From Neoconidiobolus thromboides FSU 785 (taxonomy: Eukaryota > Fungi > Entomophthoromycota): 64,000 bases of DNA. The position numbers and the translations under genes were made by a program. The notes under the pieces are model-generated. The model had not been told where the DNA came from. It saw nothing but the letters and a program-made list of their open reading frames with translations, and did no database searches. This document shows, piece by piece, positions 37,105 to 50,119 of the stretch. Numbering within the stretch: the stretch's first letter is position 1; each line of letters starts with the position of its first letter. The stretch is taken from contig MU626328.1 of the NCBI GenBank assembly GCA_025603075.1, positions 1-64,000 of the forward strand. The letters run 5' to 3'.

Positions 37105-38680
37105 ATGCCATTGAAATTCGATCAGTTACCAGATGTCGTATTGATTGAAATATTCAAGTCAGTAAACCCAGCTGAGCTATTTAATTTTCGTTTACTAGAT
37201 AAATATTTGTCTGAAATAGCCAACCATGTTATTAAATTTAATTTAGTACATTCAGTTTATAACCAATATGAATTTTCAGAATACTCTTATTATCAAGAAG
37301 AGTACATTAAAAGAAATGGACCATTTATGAAGTATGTAAGTGTGACAGATCTTACTATTGGAAATTTAAGTTATTGCCCAAACTTGGTATCTATAGAGTA
37401 TGCCAATTTGCTTAGTAATAGGAGTAATAATACCAATAGTATTAATAATAATAATAATAATAATAAGCCAAATATCGAATTACTAAAATTAAAGAAAATA
37501 AGTACACAATCTCCTAACTGCATAGAGTCACTAAATATATTCAGCAAGTATTTAAACCAAATCGAAGTAGTTCATATAATCACTAGTAGGATGGTTATAA
37601 AGATGTAATTAAGTGTTTTGACCCAGCTAAACTAAGATCTTGTACTTTATTCTCTAATGAATTTTTAAACATTGACGGGCTAAACTTAATTAAGACAAAC
37701 CTCACTAACTTAAGAAAATTATATTTAAGAGCTGGAGAAATTGTTACTGCTCCAGCTAGATTTGATTGTAATCTAAATTTCAATCCTAGTTTAAACTTTA
37801 AAATTGTAGGGGATTTAAGCCTTTTTAATATTAGTTATCTTGGAGATTTAAAAAGATTGAAAAGTATTATAGTAATTGATTATACCGGAAGCATTTACAT
37901 TATGGATAACGATAATCTCAGACTGTTTGAAGGCTCTAATATTATCACTTTAGGCCATTTTAATTTAGGTTGCCCAATTGATAATGACTTTATGAAGCTA
38001 GCAGCTTTGAAGGAAATATATATTAAATTAGTATCAGTACGATTATTAAGAATGATCTTGTTAAAAGATATTTACGAAATCGAGTTCGATGTACCATACG
38101 AATCTATCGAAACATATAGCTCATACATTAGTAGTTATTCAATTAATGTAAACATATAAGACAAATTAAGATGAAAGAATTCAATGGTTCTTTTGAGGCA
38201 TTTATTTACTTTCTGTCTCTTTTCCCAAACCTTAAGGTAGTTAAACTTACTTCTTGTTTGTTTACAAGCATGAATAATCAATTTGATTACGAGCTTACTA
38301 CTTTATTACTTATTATTGCTCCCATTGATCCTAATGAATTGAGTGATAACCCAATGATAGATTGGTTTTTCTCAAAGTAGATTAACAGCTCCTTTGCCAT
38401 TTTGTGATTTTTATTACGAATAAAATTTATTGTCATTACTATTTGATTTATTAAATCCTAAATACCAAAATAAAGATCAAATAAAATTACTAAATCAAAA
38501 ATACAACTCCAAATGTTAAAAAAGATAGTTTATAAAAGTAAATGTCCTTTATTAAATTTAGCCTTAGCAAAGATGAGATATATATGCACAGTTTCAAGAG
38601 GGAAATTTTTACTTTGTTGAAATACGACCTTAATTGATGAAGAATGCTAAACATTATAAATAAAGATTTAAACTCGAAAG
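37105..38680 (+). pseudogene. F-box/LRR protein gene with frameshifts (probable pseudogene)
   Basis: F-box LKFDQLPDVVLIEIFKSV; LRR-like LxxLxL segments continue through frame changes at ~37585 and ~38150 and stops after 38380; (AAT)7 at 37444-37464. Confidence 0.6.
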
Positions 38681-38799
38681 AGATTGGCCAAACTATTTAA
38701 CAAGTATCACCATGAAGGGTCCCAGGAATAACTTTTCTATGTTTTAGGCCACTAAATACATAACTTTTTATATATTAAAACTCATGAGGATAATTACTT

Positions 38800-40273
38800 A
38801 AAAACACACATATAAAATAGTACATATAATTAGAAATTAGAACAATGTTTCTGATTTTAGGTACTTGCCTTACGTTACCTAGTAAAGATCTTAAATTATT
38901 TTCATCGCATTTATCTTGGGGCTTTAAGGTTTATTTACTATTTCTGTCAAGAATATAGTAAAAAGCCTTAGATTCAGTAAAAGTTTGTCATTGGATTGAC
39001 TAGAACCTCTTGAATTGTACAAAATGTAATAATATCCTCCTTTAATTTCAATAGGTGATAGATAATATTCCATGAAACATTAACCCATCTTATTAGATCT
39101 ATGAATTGGACCCTCAAACTTATGATGATTGAATACCCCTATGATATTTATTTATATGATTATGTCTTAAGTTTAAATCTAGTTTTTATCATGACATCTG
39201 ATATACCCTTAATTCAAAAGTTGCTTGTTAATTTACATCTTTACCTTAAGCTGTGTTCACTGATAATTACATATTAGTTACAATTATAAAGCGGCTATTA
39301 AATACTTGTTCTGTAGTTTTGTCTAGTGCCAGCTCAATCATGTTAACAACAGTCAATAACCAATTTATAAGCAACCGTATTAGCTCTATAAAAGTAGCTG
39401 GACAGCTATGATTTGAAAGACAAGACAATAAATGAAACAGTTCCACATATAATAAACAAGTGTACCAACAATCTATCTTTATATGTAGGTACATTAATAT
39501 TTATATTGTTTTGACTAAAAGCTTTGAGCTTTTGAAAATTATTTTTAATATTTAAGATAGATACATTACAAGGTAAAACAAGACTTGAATAATGAAACTA
39601 TTTACTAATACACTTTTTTCATACAACAAAGTACTATAACGGCCAAAATGTAAATAGTTGAACAAAAACATAAAAGGTTGAAAATTTCACAAAATCCATA
39701 AACTTCAATTACCCTCAATTTGATTTAAACAGGTACTGAAAAGATCAAATACCTAAGTTGAATTATTGTTTGTTAAGTTTATTATCAATTTATTTAACTT
39801 TGGCAGTTAAATCCCAAACTATACTACGTGAGGATTTTTTTGATTTCATCACCTTTTCCATTTTTCAAGCGGTTTGAGTAGAACGATTGTTAGTAAAATT
39901 CTTAAACAAAAAAATACATCTCCATATTGACTATAATCACTACCATAATATAGCTTAATGACGTGATACTTAGGCAGCAAGTCAAATAGTTCAAATTATC
40001 TTTGTTCATTTAAATGCTTGATTAACAATCCATTTTCTTTAATAAATATTTGCTGGTAATTTTGATATTTGTTAGATCGATCGATGTATTTGCCAAACAT
40101 ACTAAAGTCAATCTGATGATAAATTGAAAACGTTAGATTGTACTTAATACATTATCTACAATCTTGAATAAGTACTTATTTATAAAACGAAATCCAAACA
40201 GTTCTTTTGGATCTACAAATTTAAATATTTCCTCTAGTAAAATCTCCTGTAAGTAATCAAATTTTAATTTCAT
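38800..40273 (-). pseudogene. Second F-box/LRR pseudogene, convergent with the first
   Basis: KLKFDYLQEILLEEIFKFVDPKELFGFRFINKYL aligns with LKFDQLPDVVLIEIFKSVNPAELFNFRLLDKYL; YQQIFIKENG vs YQEEYIKRNG; MITE inside; 3' end approximate. Confidence 0.65.
39826..39927 (-). mobile_element. ~105-bp MITE-like element
   Basis: GAGGATTTTTTTGATTTCATCACC...AAAAAATACATCTCCATAT. Confidence 0.8.
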
Positions 40274-40807
40274 CTTTATAAAAGGTATCAAGAAGCGAAT
40301 ATTCTACTAAATTCAAAATTTAAAATTGATTGTTATAAATTGCATTCTATCCAGTTTATCCTTAGAACAGCAAGGATTTTAAAACAACCAATGAAACATA
40401 AGATTATTAAGGTTGTAAAAAAATCAAAAATCAAAATTTTACTTTTAAATCCTTCTGATAAGCATCTTTATTTTTATTTTTACTAAAATAAAACATTTGA
40501 TGTTGTAAGCTTTTCAAGACATTAAAAGGATATAACGTTTAATTTAATACAAAATTAACAGTCAGTCAAAAGAAAAAGCGATAAAATGCTAACAAAATCT
40601 AAAACAAATTTTTACTAGTGTTAAAAAAGCAAATTGAATCAAAACCAATCTAAATTATTTTCAGTCTACCCTATCACTATATGAATTTATTCAAAACCAT
40701 CATGCTTATTACATAGTTTTTCTTTTGAATCATAGTTAAGATTTGATGAGTAACTTATTCGGGTATAAAGTTCAAATTTAATAATTTTCACATAGTATCC
40801 AAATTCG

Positions 40808-40914
40808 ATATGGGGATGTATTTTTTTGTTTAATAATTCTACTAACAATTTTCCCGCCCAAATAGTGCTTAAAAAATGGAAAGAGTGATGAAAACAAAAA
40901 AACATCCCTCATAT
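40808..40914 (+). mobile_element. ~105-bp MITE-like element at the 5' end of the S41 pseudogene
   Basis: ATATGGGGATGTATTTTTTTG...AAAAAAACATCCCTCATAT. Confidence 0.9.
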
Positions 40915-42730
40915 TTTTTGGTCAACTTAATATCAAAAATATAGATTCATTTACCAAAGTAGTAAATAAACCAGTGGTTGGCTATAAACATGTGCTTGCC
41001 TGTTTTATTAACTTTAAGTTAGATGACAATGTATACAATGGCACTTCAGATACTTTAAGAAAGATCCTTCCCTTTCACGTCTTTATTAATATTGCCAAAA
41101 AATCTCCAAATCCAAAAGTATCCACCTATGTTAACACCAAAGTTGAATTGAACAAAGTATTAGCTAGAAAAAGTAACTCTGAATATGAGTTTTATGCTTC
41201 TATAGCTAAAAATTTTAACATCTTAGCAGATGGCTATACTAGACACGAAGTATATTGTTTTTATATTCATACCTTTAGACAGCCATTTCCTTTATATTCT
41301 AAAGAAGCCAAATGGAACATATTAAAGCCAAAATACTTGAAAATCTAAAACGCTCCTAAATTCTTATTAATGCTCGGAAAATTTTTGGGATTAATATGTT
41401 AAGCTATATTGATGCTGAATCCTTAGCTATTAATGATAAACAACCTTTAGAGTATGTTTGTATGCTAAGAGATATTAGCTCTCAAGTAAATTATGCCTTA
41501 ACATGTCTTATTTAAAGTAATAATAAGCAGAGCATCATATACGGTCCTTTTGCTCCTATCATAATTCCTCTAATAAGGGAAATATTGACTTTTATAATTC
41601 GACCCAATGATGAGGAAAAGTGGATTATTGTGTTTTATATTGCTACCTTAGATGTACCTCTCCCATTTAATAGTTCTGAGTCTTTTTGTAGAAACGACTA
41701 TGTTGTACCTGTACCTATTTATAAACAAAGTAAAAATGATAATCAACCTCAGTTATTGGAAGTATCAGAAGTTAGGAAAATTACAATTGATATCCGAACT
41801 AAAACACCTAGTTCGAGATCAAATGATCCGCTTTTAACCCTAGCGGTTAATGGCACTTATATTGAAAATTTTATTCTACCATATAACATAAGTGCTCTAC
41901 ATATTTTTGTCTTTTTAACTTCAGAAAAACCTAAATAGTTTGATGAAATTTATAAAGGATTTGGAATCTTGAGAAATCAAAAAGTAAAAAGATAAATCTT
42001 AGATTTAAACAGTAATTGTGGTGGCGTCATTTTCTGAGGATGTAATGTGTTAACTACCTTTTTACAAGTCTCACCATTAAATCCTTTAATACTGATATGC
42101 ACCATTCTCTATTACTTACGAAACTTACTAGATACAAAGACTCCAATTTTTTCCCAAGACACTACAAGCAGCTTGGCGGCAAATCGTTCTTATCAGAAGA
42201 TGTCTTTACTAAAACTAAGATTTACTACTATACCCTTAATAGAAATAGCCGACATGACCCTTAATTACAAGGCAAATAGGACGAAGATATCTTAGAATAT
42301 TTGTTAGTTGACGAAAAACAATCATTCAGAACTGAAAAAATTGCTCTGGTTTCTAATTATATTCATCACTTAACTCGTGATTTATTAAATAATGGCTTTC
42401 AAGGATTTCATAATATAAGATTTATATATTCGATGGTCTTAAACACAAACAAGTTACTGTTACATCCACTACTAGTAGGGCTCTAAGCTCTCTTATCGAT
42501 TTCCTTGTAAATTTAAAGCTTTTTGGATTAGATAAAGACCCAGCTCCTCCACAGCCACTCCTAGTTAAAGATGATGTTTATTTCACCATCAGGAAACCTT
42601 ACTCAAGTAAATTCAAGGAATTTCGCCCCTTAGAGTTCACTTGGAACCTAGCTAAGTATCATAAATAGTATGCTTCTAGAACCGCTTTTAATCCTTATGA
42701 GATTTGAAAACAAGTTGCTGAAGATTTTCA
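40915..42730 (+). pseudogene. Decayed paralog of the S41 peptidase at 12008..13894
   Basis: Collinear fragments VVGYKHVLACF, ILPFHVFINIAKKSPNPKV, FRQPFP, FRTEKIALVSN, DKDPAPPQPL, RPLEFTWN; many stops and frameshifts. Confidence 0.9.
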
Positions 42731-43932
42731 TTAGTAACACATTTACGTCATTAATAAAAATTATAATATATTTAATCTTATTACTAGTTTTACATAATTT
42801 TGATATCTTAGGTATTACAATTGATTTCATTTGAAGCAACTATTACTTTAATTGTCTGATATTTCTATTTTTATATCGTAAAAAAAGTTAACCAGTATTG
42901 TAAAATATTTAATAAAGATTAATTATAAATTTAATTTAACGTAAAAATTAATATGGGTGGTTGTATTTGATACTATATTCATAAACTAACATGTTTATTT
43001 TATGCTTTTATGCTTTAATGCTAATATTATTTACTAAATGATGCTTTTGTCTGCTTAATTAGCAATACTTTTAGAAAATTATTTTGGCACAAGGTTATCA
43101 CTTTCCATAATACTAACTTAAATGTTTAATACGTTAACACTTAATACATTAACACTTAATATATATCATTTAGTGTATTATCGCTTAATAGCTTGTTGTT
43201 TTATATCAGCCTTAAATAGTAATAAAAAATAAGGATATTTAAGAAGTTAAGGTTTAATAAAAAAGTAAATATAATAAGGATGGGTACTAATAATAGGGAT
43301 ATAGGAGGGTAGAAATTATTTCGAGACGTAGATTTGACAAAAATTAAACAAGCTTAATACTTGTTTGCCTACTATTTAATAATTTTTATTTATTTTTGCC
43401 CACCAGTTTTAACTTGATCAGATTTTTCACTGCTCTTTTTTTTATACACCCTCAGCCATTATCTGCTATTATATTAATTTATAATTATAAATTTAAGGAT
43501 ATGATACGTAAGGGGCGCTGAAATAAAAATACAATAAAAGGGGTAAAAATAAGTCAAGATAATATTAAAAGCAATAAATAATTGGTATTAAAATTTCGAT
43601 TGTATGAAATGAAAGTTTCAAAGAAAAATATAATATACGGATTTTATCGTATATAGTTCATTTTAATATCAGCTTATTATCAATATTTTCGTATATCGAG
43701 ACTTTAATAGCATCTTTTAAGATTAAATTAAAAAATGTAAATCAAAATTTTAATTAAAATGGAGAAAAGTGTATGATACAGAAAAGCTAAAACAAAATAA
43801 AAAGATTAAGGGGTAAACGTTAAAAAATGTGCAAACAACAAAAGCTATATTAAGCACTATATCAAACAGGGTTAAATAAGAGGATATAAAAAGCCAAACT
43901 TTCCCTCAAATTCTCTTTCAAATTAAATTAAA

Positions 43933-45183
43933 ATGGGTTTAAAATTCAATATTGCGTCTACTTTCTTAGCAATCATCGCTTATTTTTTGTTTGATGTTGT
44001 AAGAATTATATACAGAGAATCTTTATTTAAAGGTTATAATCAATCAGAATTCGATAACTGTGATAGAGTTAAAGGTATAAACTTAATATTTGGATAATAT
44101 ATCATATTGAAGTTAATTAATTTTATAGAAATAAAGGGCTGTGCCGATATTACTGTTCATGGGGCATCAGGGTTTGCTTTTGTGGGTTGTCCTGAGGATT
44201 ATTATTACTATAAAAATTTTATTAGCTTTTTGTACAATCCAAGAGATAAAATAGTATTAGGAAAGCGTAGTTTTATTTATGCGTATGACTTGAAAAATAA
44301 AGAAGCAAAGAAATTACAATTAAAAAGTTTCCCAGAAAATGTAGACTTTTTTACTCATGGCTCTGATGTTATTACTGATCCTAAAGACAAAAATAAGATT
44401 CACTTTTTAACTGTTAACCATAGAGAAGGTGGAAAAGACACTGTTGAGCACTTTGTTCATAAAATTGGTGAGCTCACTTTATTATATTTATTATATTTTA
44501 TTTATAGTTGTATTTAAGGTACTGATTCTATTACTTGGATTGAGTCTTTTGAAGACGACAAATTAAAGTTAGTATCAAATATTGCAGCTGTAACTCCTAC
44601 CTCCTTTTATTACACTCAAGATTTATCCCATGTCAACGGTCTAATGAATTATATGGAATCATTAGGGCTAATTGAAGGTGGTAAAATCATGTTTAAAGAT
44701 GAAGCCAACAATTATAGTGAAATTCAAAATGGTTTCAAGTTAACAAATGGAATTGCATTATCTCCTAATAAAAAGAATCTCTATTTAGCTGAATCCTTTA
44801 GAGGAAAGATTCATATATTTGATAGAAATCCAAAAACAAATAAGTTGTCTAAAAAGGATAGTGTAGTCGTTAACTTTAGTCCAATCGGATTGAAGTCTGA
44901 TCCTTTAACTGGTCAAGTCTATATCGCCGGAATCCCTATCGATTTGTCTATCATTGATTCTTGGGGCTCATTTGGTGATTACAGATCAAAGTTAACAAAG
45001 TCAATCGTTGCTAAATTAAGTAACGCTACAAGCTCAGGTGATAAATATAAAGTTGATACTGTTATCATTGATGATGGTGGTAATTTATCTTCAACTACCT
45101 CTGCTGCCTCTGATGGCACAACTGGTTCCTTATTAATGACTGGTATCTTCAACTACAAAGGTTTATTGAACTGCCGCGTCTAA
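43933..45183 (+). CDS. Paraoxonase/arylesterase-like six-bladed beta-propeller (3 exons)
   Basis: N-terminal hydrophobic anchor; C-D-R-V-K...GCADI; FFTHG; VNH; SNIAA...SFYYTQD; TNGIALSP; second intron ~44469-44518. Confidence 0.75.
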
Positions 45184-45294
45184 GATTTTACATATCATAC
45201 TATCTATATGAATAAAATACAATTACTTTAAATTTTTTGTTTCTTAGAATACATGCTTAGGGAAATATTTATAAAAGCGCTGTTTAATACATAA

Positions 45295-45495
45295 ATGGAT
45301 TCTTCGTTTCAGCATTTAACCATTTTTGTCTAATATAAAATTCAGAACAATGACAGCTAAATAATGAAACAAAAAGATGCAATCATGAAATATTAAGTCG
45401 GAATACCTTTTTTGTTTCAGCATTTTATCCATATTTTATCTAGCATAAAATTGAAAAAGATTATTAATCAAATTTCTTAAATATACCCCCACATT
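45295..45495 (-). mobile_element. Two tandem, highly degenerate MITE-related copies
   Basis: Imperfect direct repeat gtttcagcattt..ccat..tt.tcta..ataaaatt; the second ends aatttcttaaatatacccccacat, like the family terminus. Confidence 0.35.
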
Positions 45496-45876
45496 GTTAA
45501 CAATAAATATATATTTTATTTTGTCATTATTGCTTTTAGAAAATAGGTGCCTGAGGTAGTGTTTATTAAGCCAATATAGCAGGTAGAATATGATTTGAGA
45601 GCGAGGTGTTAATATTAACAGAAGCGCCTAATCCAAAAAAACCTTCCATGAGAGCTTTTGTTTGTTTGGACTGATTCATTCCAAAGTAGAGGAAGAACTT
45701 ATAAACAAATATTCTATTAAAATGAAAACCTTGTAAATTTTTATCATTTTTTATTATAATATTAGAGAAGGTAGTTATAAATGAAAGAATATTGTTGATA
45801 AAATTGCTGTTTTAAATTTCCTATAGTGTATAAAATTGTTTTTTAAATATAATGACATCAGTTGTGTAGATATTTT

Positions 45877-48800
45877 TTAAATTCTTAACTTTTCATAGAT
45901 GCTATAAACTTTACTTGCAGTAACTTGATTGGGCCAAAATGCTGCAACGCTACCCCATAAGGCTTTTTTCCATTGGCGATGATCAGTTGATTTATGTAAT
46001 CCGCTAAGTATGCCTTCAATGTGTTTTCCAATTTTAGGCAGGCATGCTTTAATAATTTGGACTTTTTCTTGCCCGTTAGCTAACTTAGCTTCATCTCGAA
46101 GTTTACGAAGCTCCCTTTTAACTGGCCTTAAGATCTTGATACACTCTTTATCATCAGGTACCTCCTCAGCGTTAGTATCGTTGGAATGAAATCCATTTTG
46201 TTCACTAGTTTTAGATTTTTTGCTTCCTTTATTTACAATATCTGATGATCCTTGATCAGCACCTCTCTTATGTTTAGAGGTCCTCCTTTTAGCCTTTTCC
46301 TCTACGTATTTAGCAAACGTCTTAAGAAGATATTCTCCACGGCGTACTAAATGAGTAGGCCTTGGCACATTAGGAACGTCTGAGTCTGATAAAAATAGCT
46401 TCTTGGATAGCTTCAAAGTAGGATCTTCTTTGATTTTAGCCCAATTACCAAACCCATGTCGATAAATACCTAATAAAAGACGTTCGTCGTCTTCTATTCC
46501 CCAATCAACACTCCAGTTGGTTACTGGACGAATTTCCATTCGAAGATGAATGTTTGATTTACTATGACTGATCATATAATCATGAAGTAAAGGAAAATCA
46601 TAAACCCTTTGAAGGACTGATTGAACGTTAATACCATCTAAACCTTCAAATTCTAAAAGATGAGCTTTTCGTGATTGGAGAGGTCGATTTGCTTCTTCAT
46701 AATCTTGGCACATAGAAACGATAGAGTTCATTTTAGAAATAAAGGTGGCACGATCAATATGTGAAAGATTTCCCTCGGTAACTATACTGTCGAAACGTTC
46801 AGGGATGTTTCCAAACTTCAACAACCCACGGTAAATAGCTCGGAGATCTTTAGTTGTAAGGGCAACATTTTTGCTTTTACGTGGTTTAGGATTTGTAGTC
46901 CCATTGTTTGCTACCACAGTGCTATTATCTATTTGATAGTTAACCTGCTTACGTTGACGTGATCCCAATAAATTTTCAGCCCCGACACTTTCCTCTTCTT
47001 CCTCGACTTTAGTACGCTCGTGCTCAGGAATAATTTGATCCCATGCCATACCATCATCTTCATAATCAGCCACTTCAAATTGTTTTAGAAAAGCTTCACC
47101 ACCATTAAGAGACGTTTGACCCATTGTTGTTTCTGTTTTTTCAGCAGAAGAAAGAATCTCATCTAGAGAAAGTTCAGAGCTTTTATTTTTTGTTTCATCA
47201 CCATTAAACATACGTGCAGCACCAAACTTAAGGATAGCTTGAAGTTCTTCTCTACTAAATGGATTATTTTTATTGGCAGATGGTCCTTTTTGTAACATCT
47301 TTTGACCAGAGGTATCCATTTGATTAATAACGCAAAATTCAAGCACCATCTTGCGTTTAGCCCTTTCCAAAATTTCTTCTTCCATAGTACTTTTAGAAAT
47401 GAAACGATATACATTGACATGCTTTTTCTGTCCAATACGATGTGCTCTAGCCATTGCTTGCAAATCGTTTTGTGGATTCCAATCAGAGTCAAAAATAATT
47501 ACTGTATCAGCAGTTTCTAGATTGATACCCAAGCCCCCAGCTCTAGTTGAAAGAAGGAAAATAAAATCTGGAGATCCTGGAGCATTGAAATGTTCAATCG
47601 ATTTTTTACGTGCTTCAGATCCGACACTACCATCTAGCCTTTGATAAGGGTATCCTTTTAGTGCTGAATAATCTGCCAAAATGTCAAGTAGACGAACCAT
47701 TTGAGAGAAAATAAGGACCCTTGATCCATTTTCTTTTAAGCGATCAAGTAACTTGTCGAGGAGCATCATCTTTCCGCTATTTGCAATTAACCCATGAAGC
47801 TGCTCTTTGCGAGAAATTTCATGAGGTTCAGCATTAGGAAAAAGATAAGGATGATTGCTTGCTTTTTTTAATTCAGCACAGACGTTTAATAAACTCATTT
47901 GATTACCCCCGCTAGAGCCTTTGTTTAGGGCAGCAAAATTTTTAGCAAGTATATTTTTATAATAATGTACTTGGAGGGGAGTAAGCTCAACACGGAGTGT
48001 AAGTTCTGTTTTTTTTGGCAAAGAATGCTCTACATCCTTTTTAAGTCGACGAAGCATATAACTTTCAAGTTTGTTGTGCAATTCACGGATTTTCTCTTCT
48101 TGACCTTCTGACTCCTCAGTGAAAATGTTATCATAGGCATCACTTATATCAAACTTATCTGGCATTAAGAAATGAACTAATGCACTAAGTTCTTTTATCG
48201 AATTCTGTAATGGAGTACCAGTAATAAGCATACGGTTAGTAGTGTTAAATCCTTTAAGCGCTTCATGCAACTGTGATTCACTATTTTTCAATCGATGGGC
48301 TTCATCTACAGCTAAAAAGGCCCATCTTATTGACCCCAGTTCTAATTTATCTTTAAGTACTAGTTCAAAGGTAGTAAGAAGGACATTGAATTTTAGCTTT
48401 TTTGTTTTTGGGACGTAAAATTCATGCTCGCGAAGTACATTACGGCTTTCTCCATCTCCTGTATAACAAATAGTATTCATATCTGGTGCCCACCTTCCAA
48501 ATTCTCTGTGCCATGCACCAATAGTAGACAATGGCACTACGACTAAGAAAGGCCCATAAAGCTGCTGAGAATGAAATAAATATGAAAGAAATGATATAGT
48601 TTGGATAGTTTTTCCGAGCCCCATTTCATCTGCCAAGATACCATTCTCATTATTTGACCACTTATGAGCCATCCAATTAACACCAAGAAGCTGATAGTCC
48701 CGCAAAGTTCCTCCTGGGAGGTAATCAGGCTGAGTATCCAATTTTTTAAAAGGGGGTCTATTATTTGCAGTATAACTCTTTCCCCTGGAAGGTATATTAC

Positions 48801-50119
48801 GGTGCTGATTCCTAGTTAAGAATTCTTGGATTTTATCTTGGAACTTTTCCGATATAATCTCAGAAGGCTCCCAGGTGCACCCAGCATAAGGCAAACGTTT
48901 CCATTTGCATAGAAACTGAGTTCCCGATTCGCATTCTTCATAAGGCGTTACTTCTCTTCTAGCAACAATCCTTTCAACTATAGTATAATCAACCAAGACG
49001 CTTCTTTCCATTTCAATATTAATATTACGTTGTTCAAGGTCTTCTTTCGAGACAGAAGGATCTTCACGGAGAGAGATATCCACAGCAGCGACGTTCTTTA
49101 CATAATTATCTACTTTCTTACTTCCCTTAAATTCTCTTAGGAAGTTGAAATTCTCCCAAGTTCTATGAAGATGACTCCAATTCTTCCACTTGACCAAAAA
49201 TTCAATGTTCTGTGGGAAGGCGAGATTGCTTAGTTCTATGAAAAGTTAGGAAGAAAGCATTATCAAGTTAAGCTATTATTACCCTCTGATCCAGCAAAGC
49301 GGTAGTCATGGACTGACTCAATAACATCCCCTAAAATAAACTTAGATCACTTTAGACTATTAAACTAGATAGTTGCTACCTTCTTCTGCTTCTTGAGCTA
49401 TAACAGGCCTTTCATCTAAGAAGTCTACATCAGACAACTCTTCTTCGTTATCATCTTCATTATAGTTTGTAACTTTGCGTGAACGATTTGATGCGCGCAC
49501 TGGAGAAAAAGATGCTTTTTCTATACATTCATTAAGTTGACTGAAAAAAGATATAATTAAAATAAATACTTTTGTTTTTACGACCTCCTTTACGCTTAGC
49601 GCTACGTCCAGAAGGAGTCCAATCATCAGTATCAGTATCAGAAGCTTCATTAGCTACCTCTTCCTCAGAATCACTTTTGACAACTGCTCGTCCTGAAAGA
49701 CGGATTAAAATTTAAAAAGAAAAGTTAAATTAGATGTACTTCTAGTATAATTATTCCTCCTTCTTTGAGCAGAAGGTTCAACATATTCTTCATCTGAGTT
49801 TTCTGGAGAAGGAGAAGGAGAAGGGGTAGGAGAATCGTCATCGAATTCAGATTCATTCTATACAGTTATTTTTAGTATAAGGTTTTTTTAATATAGTAGT
49901 GTTTTACATTTTTATAAGCAACATGTTTAATCTCAGAATTCTTATCAGACATTGTTTCAGATTCTTCAAGTTCTTCCTGCATAGCATCATATGCCTCGTC
50001 TGCTAGTCCTTTAATTTCGTTATAACTATCAGCGCTGGAATTGTCACTTTTATAAGCTAAATTACTAGCACCGTTATGATTATATGAAACAAGAGGCGAT
50101 TCATTATCAGAACTATTAT
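45877..50119 (-). CDS. CHD1: Chromodomain helicase DNA-binding protein CHD1/Hrp3 (first exon not located)
   Basis: Two chromodomains (VKWKNWSHLHRTWE, CKWKRLPYAGCTWE), LADEMGLGKT, DEAH, STRAGGLGINL, QAMARAHRIGQ, SANT-SLIDE W..EDDERLLLGIYRHGFGNW; several small 5' exons. Confidence 0.93.

Noticed and set aside
45540-45700. GC-richer patch downstream of CHD1 as an ncRNA
   Set aside because: No recognisable box motifs or convincing stem.
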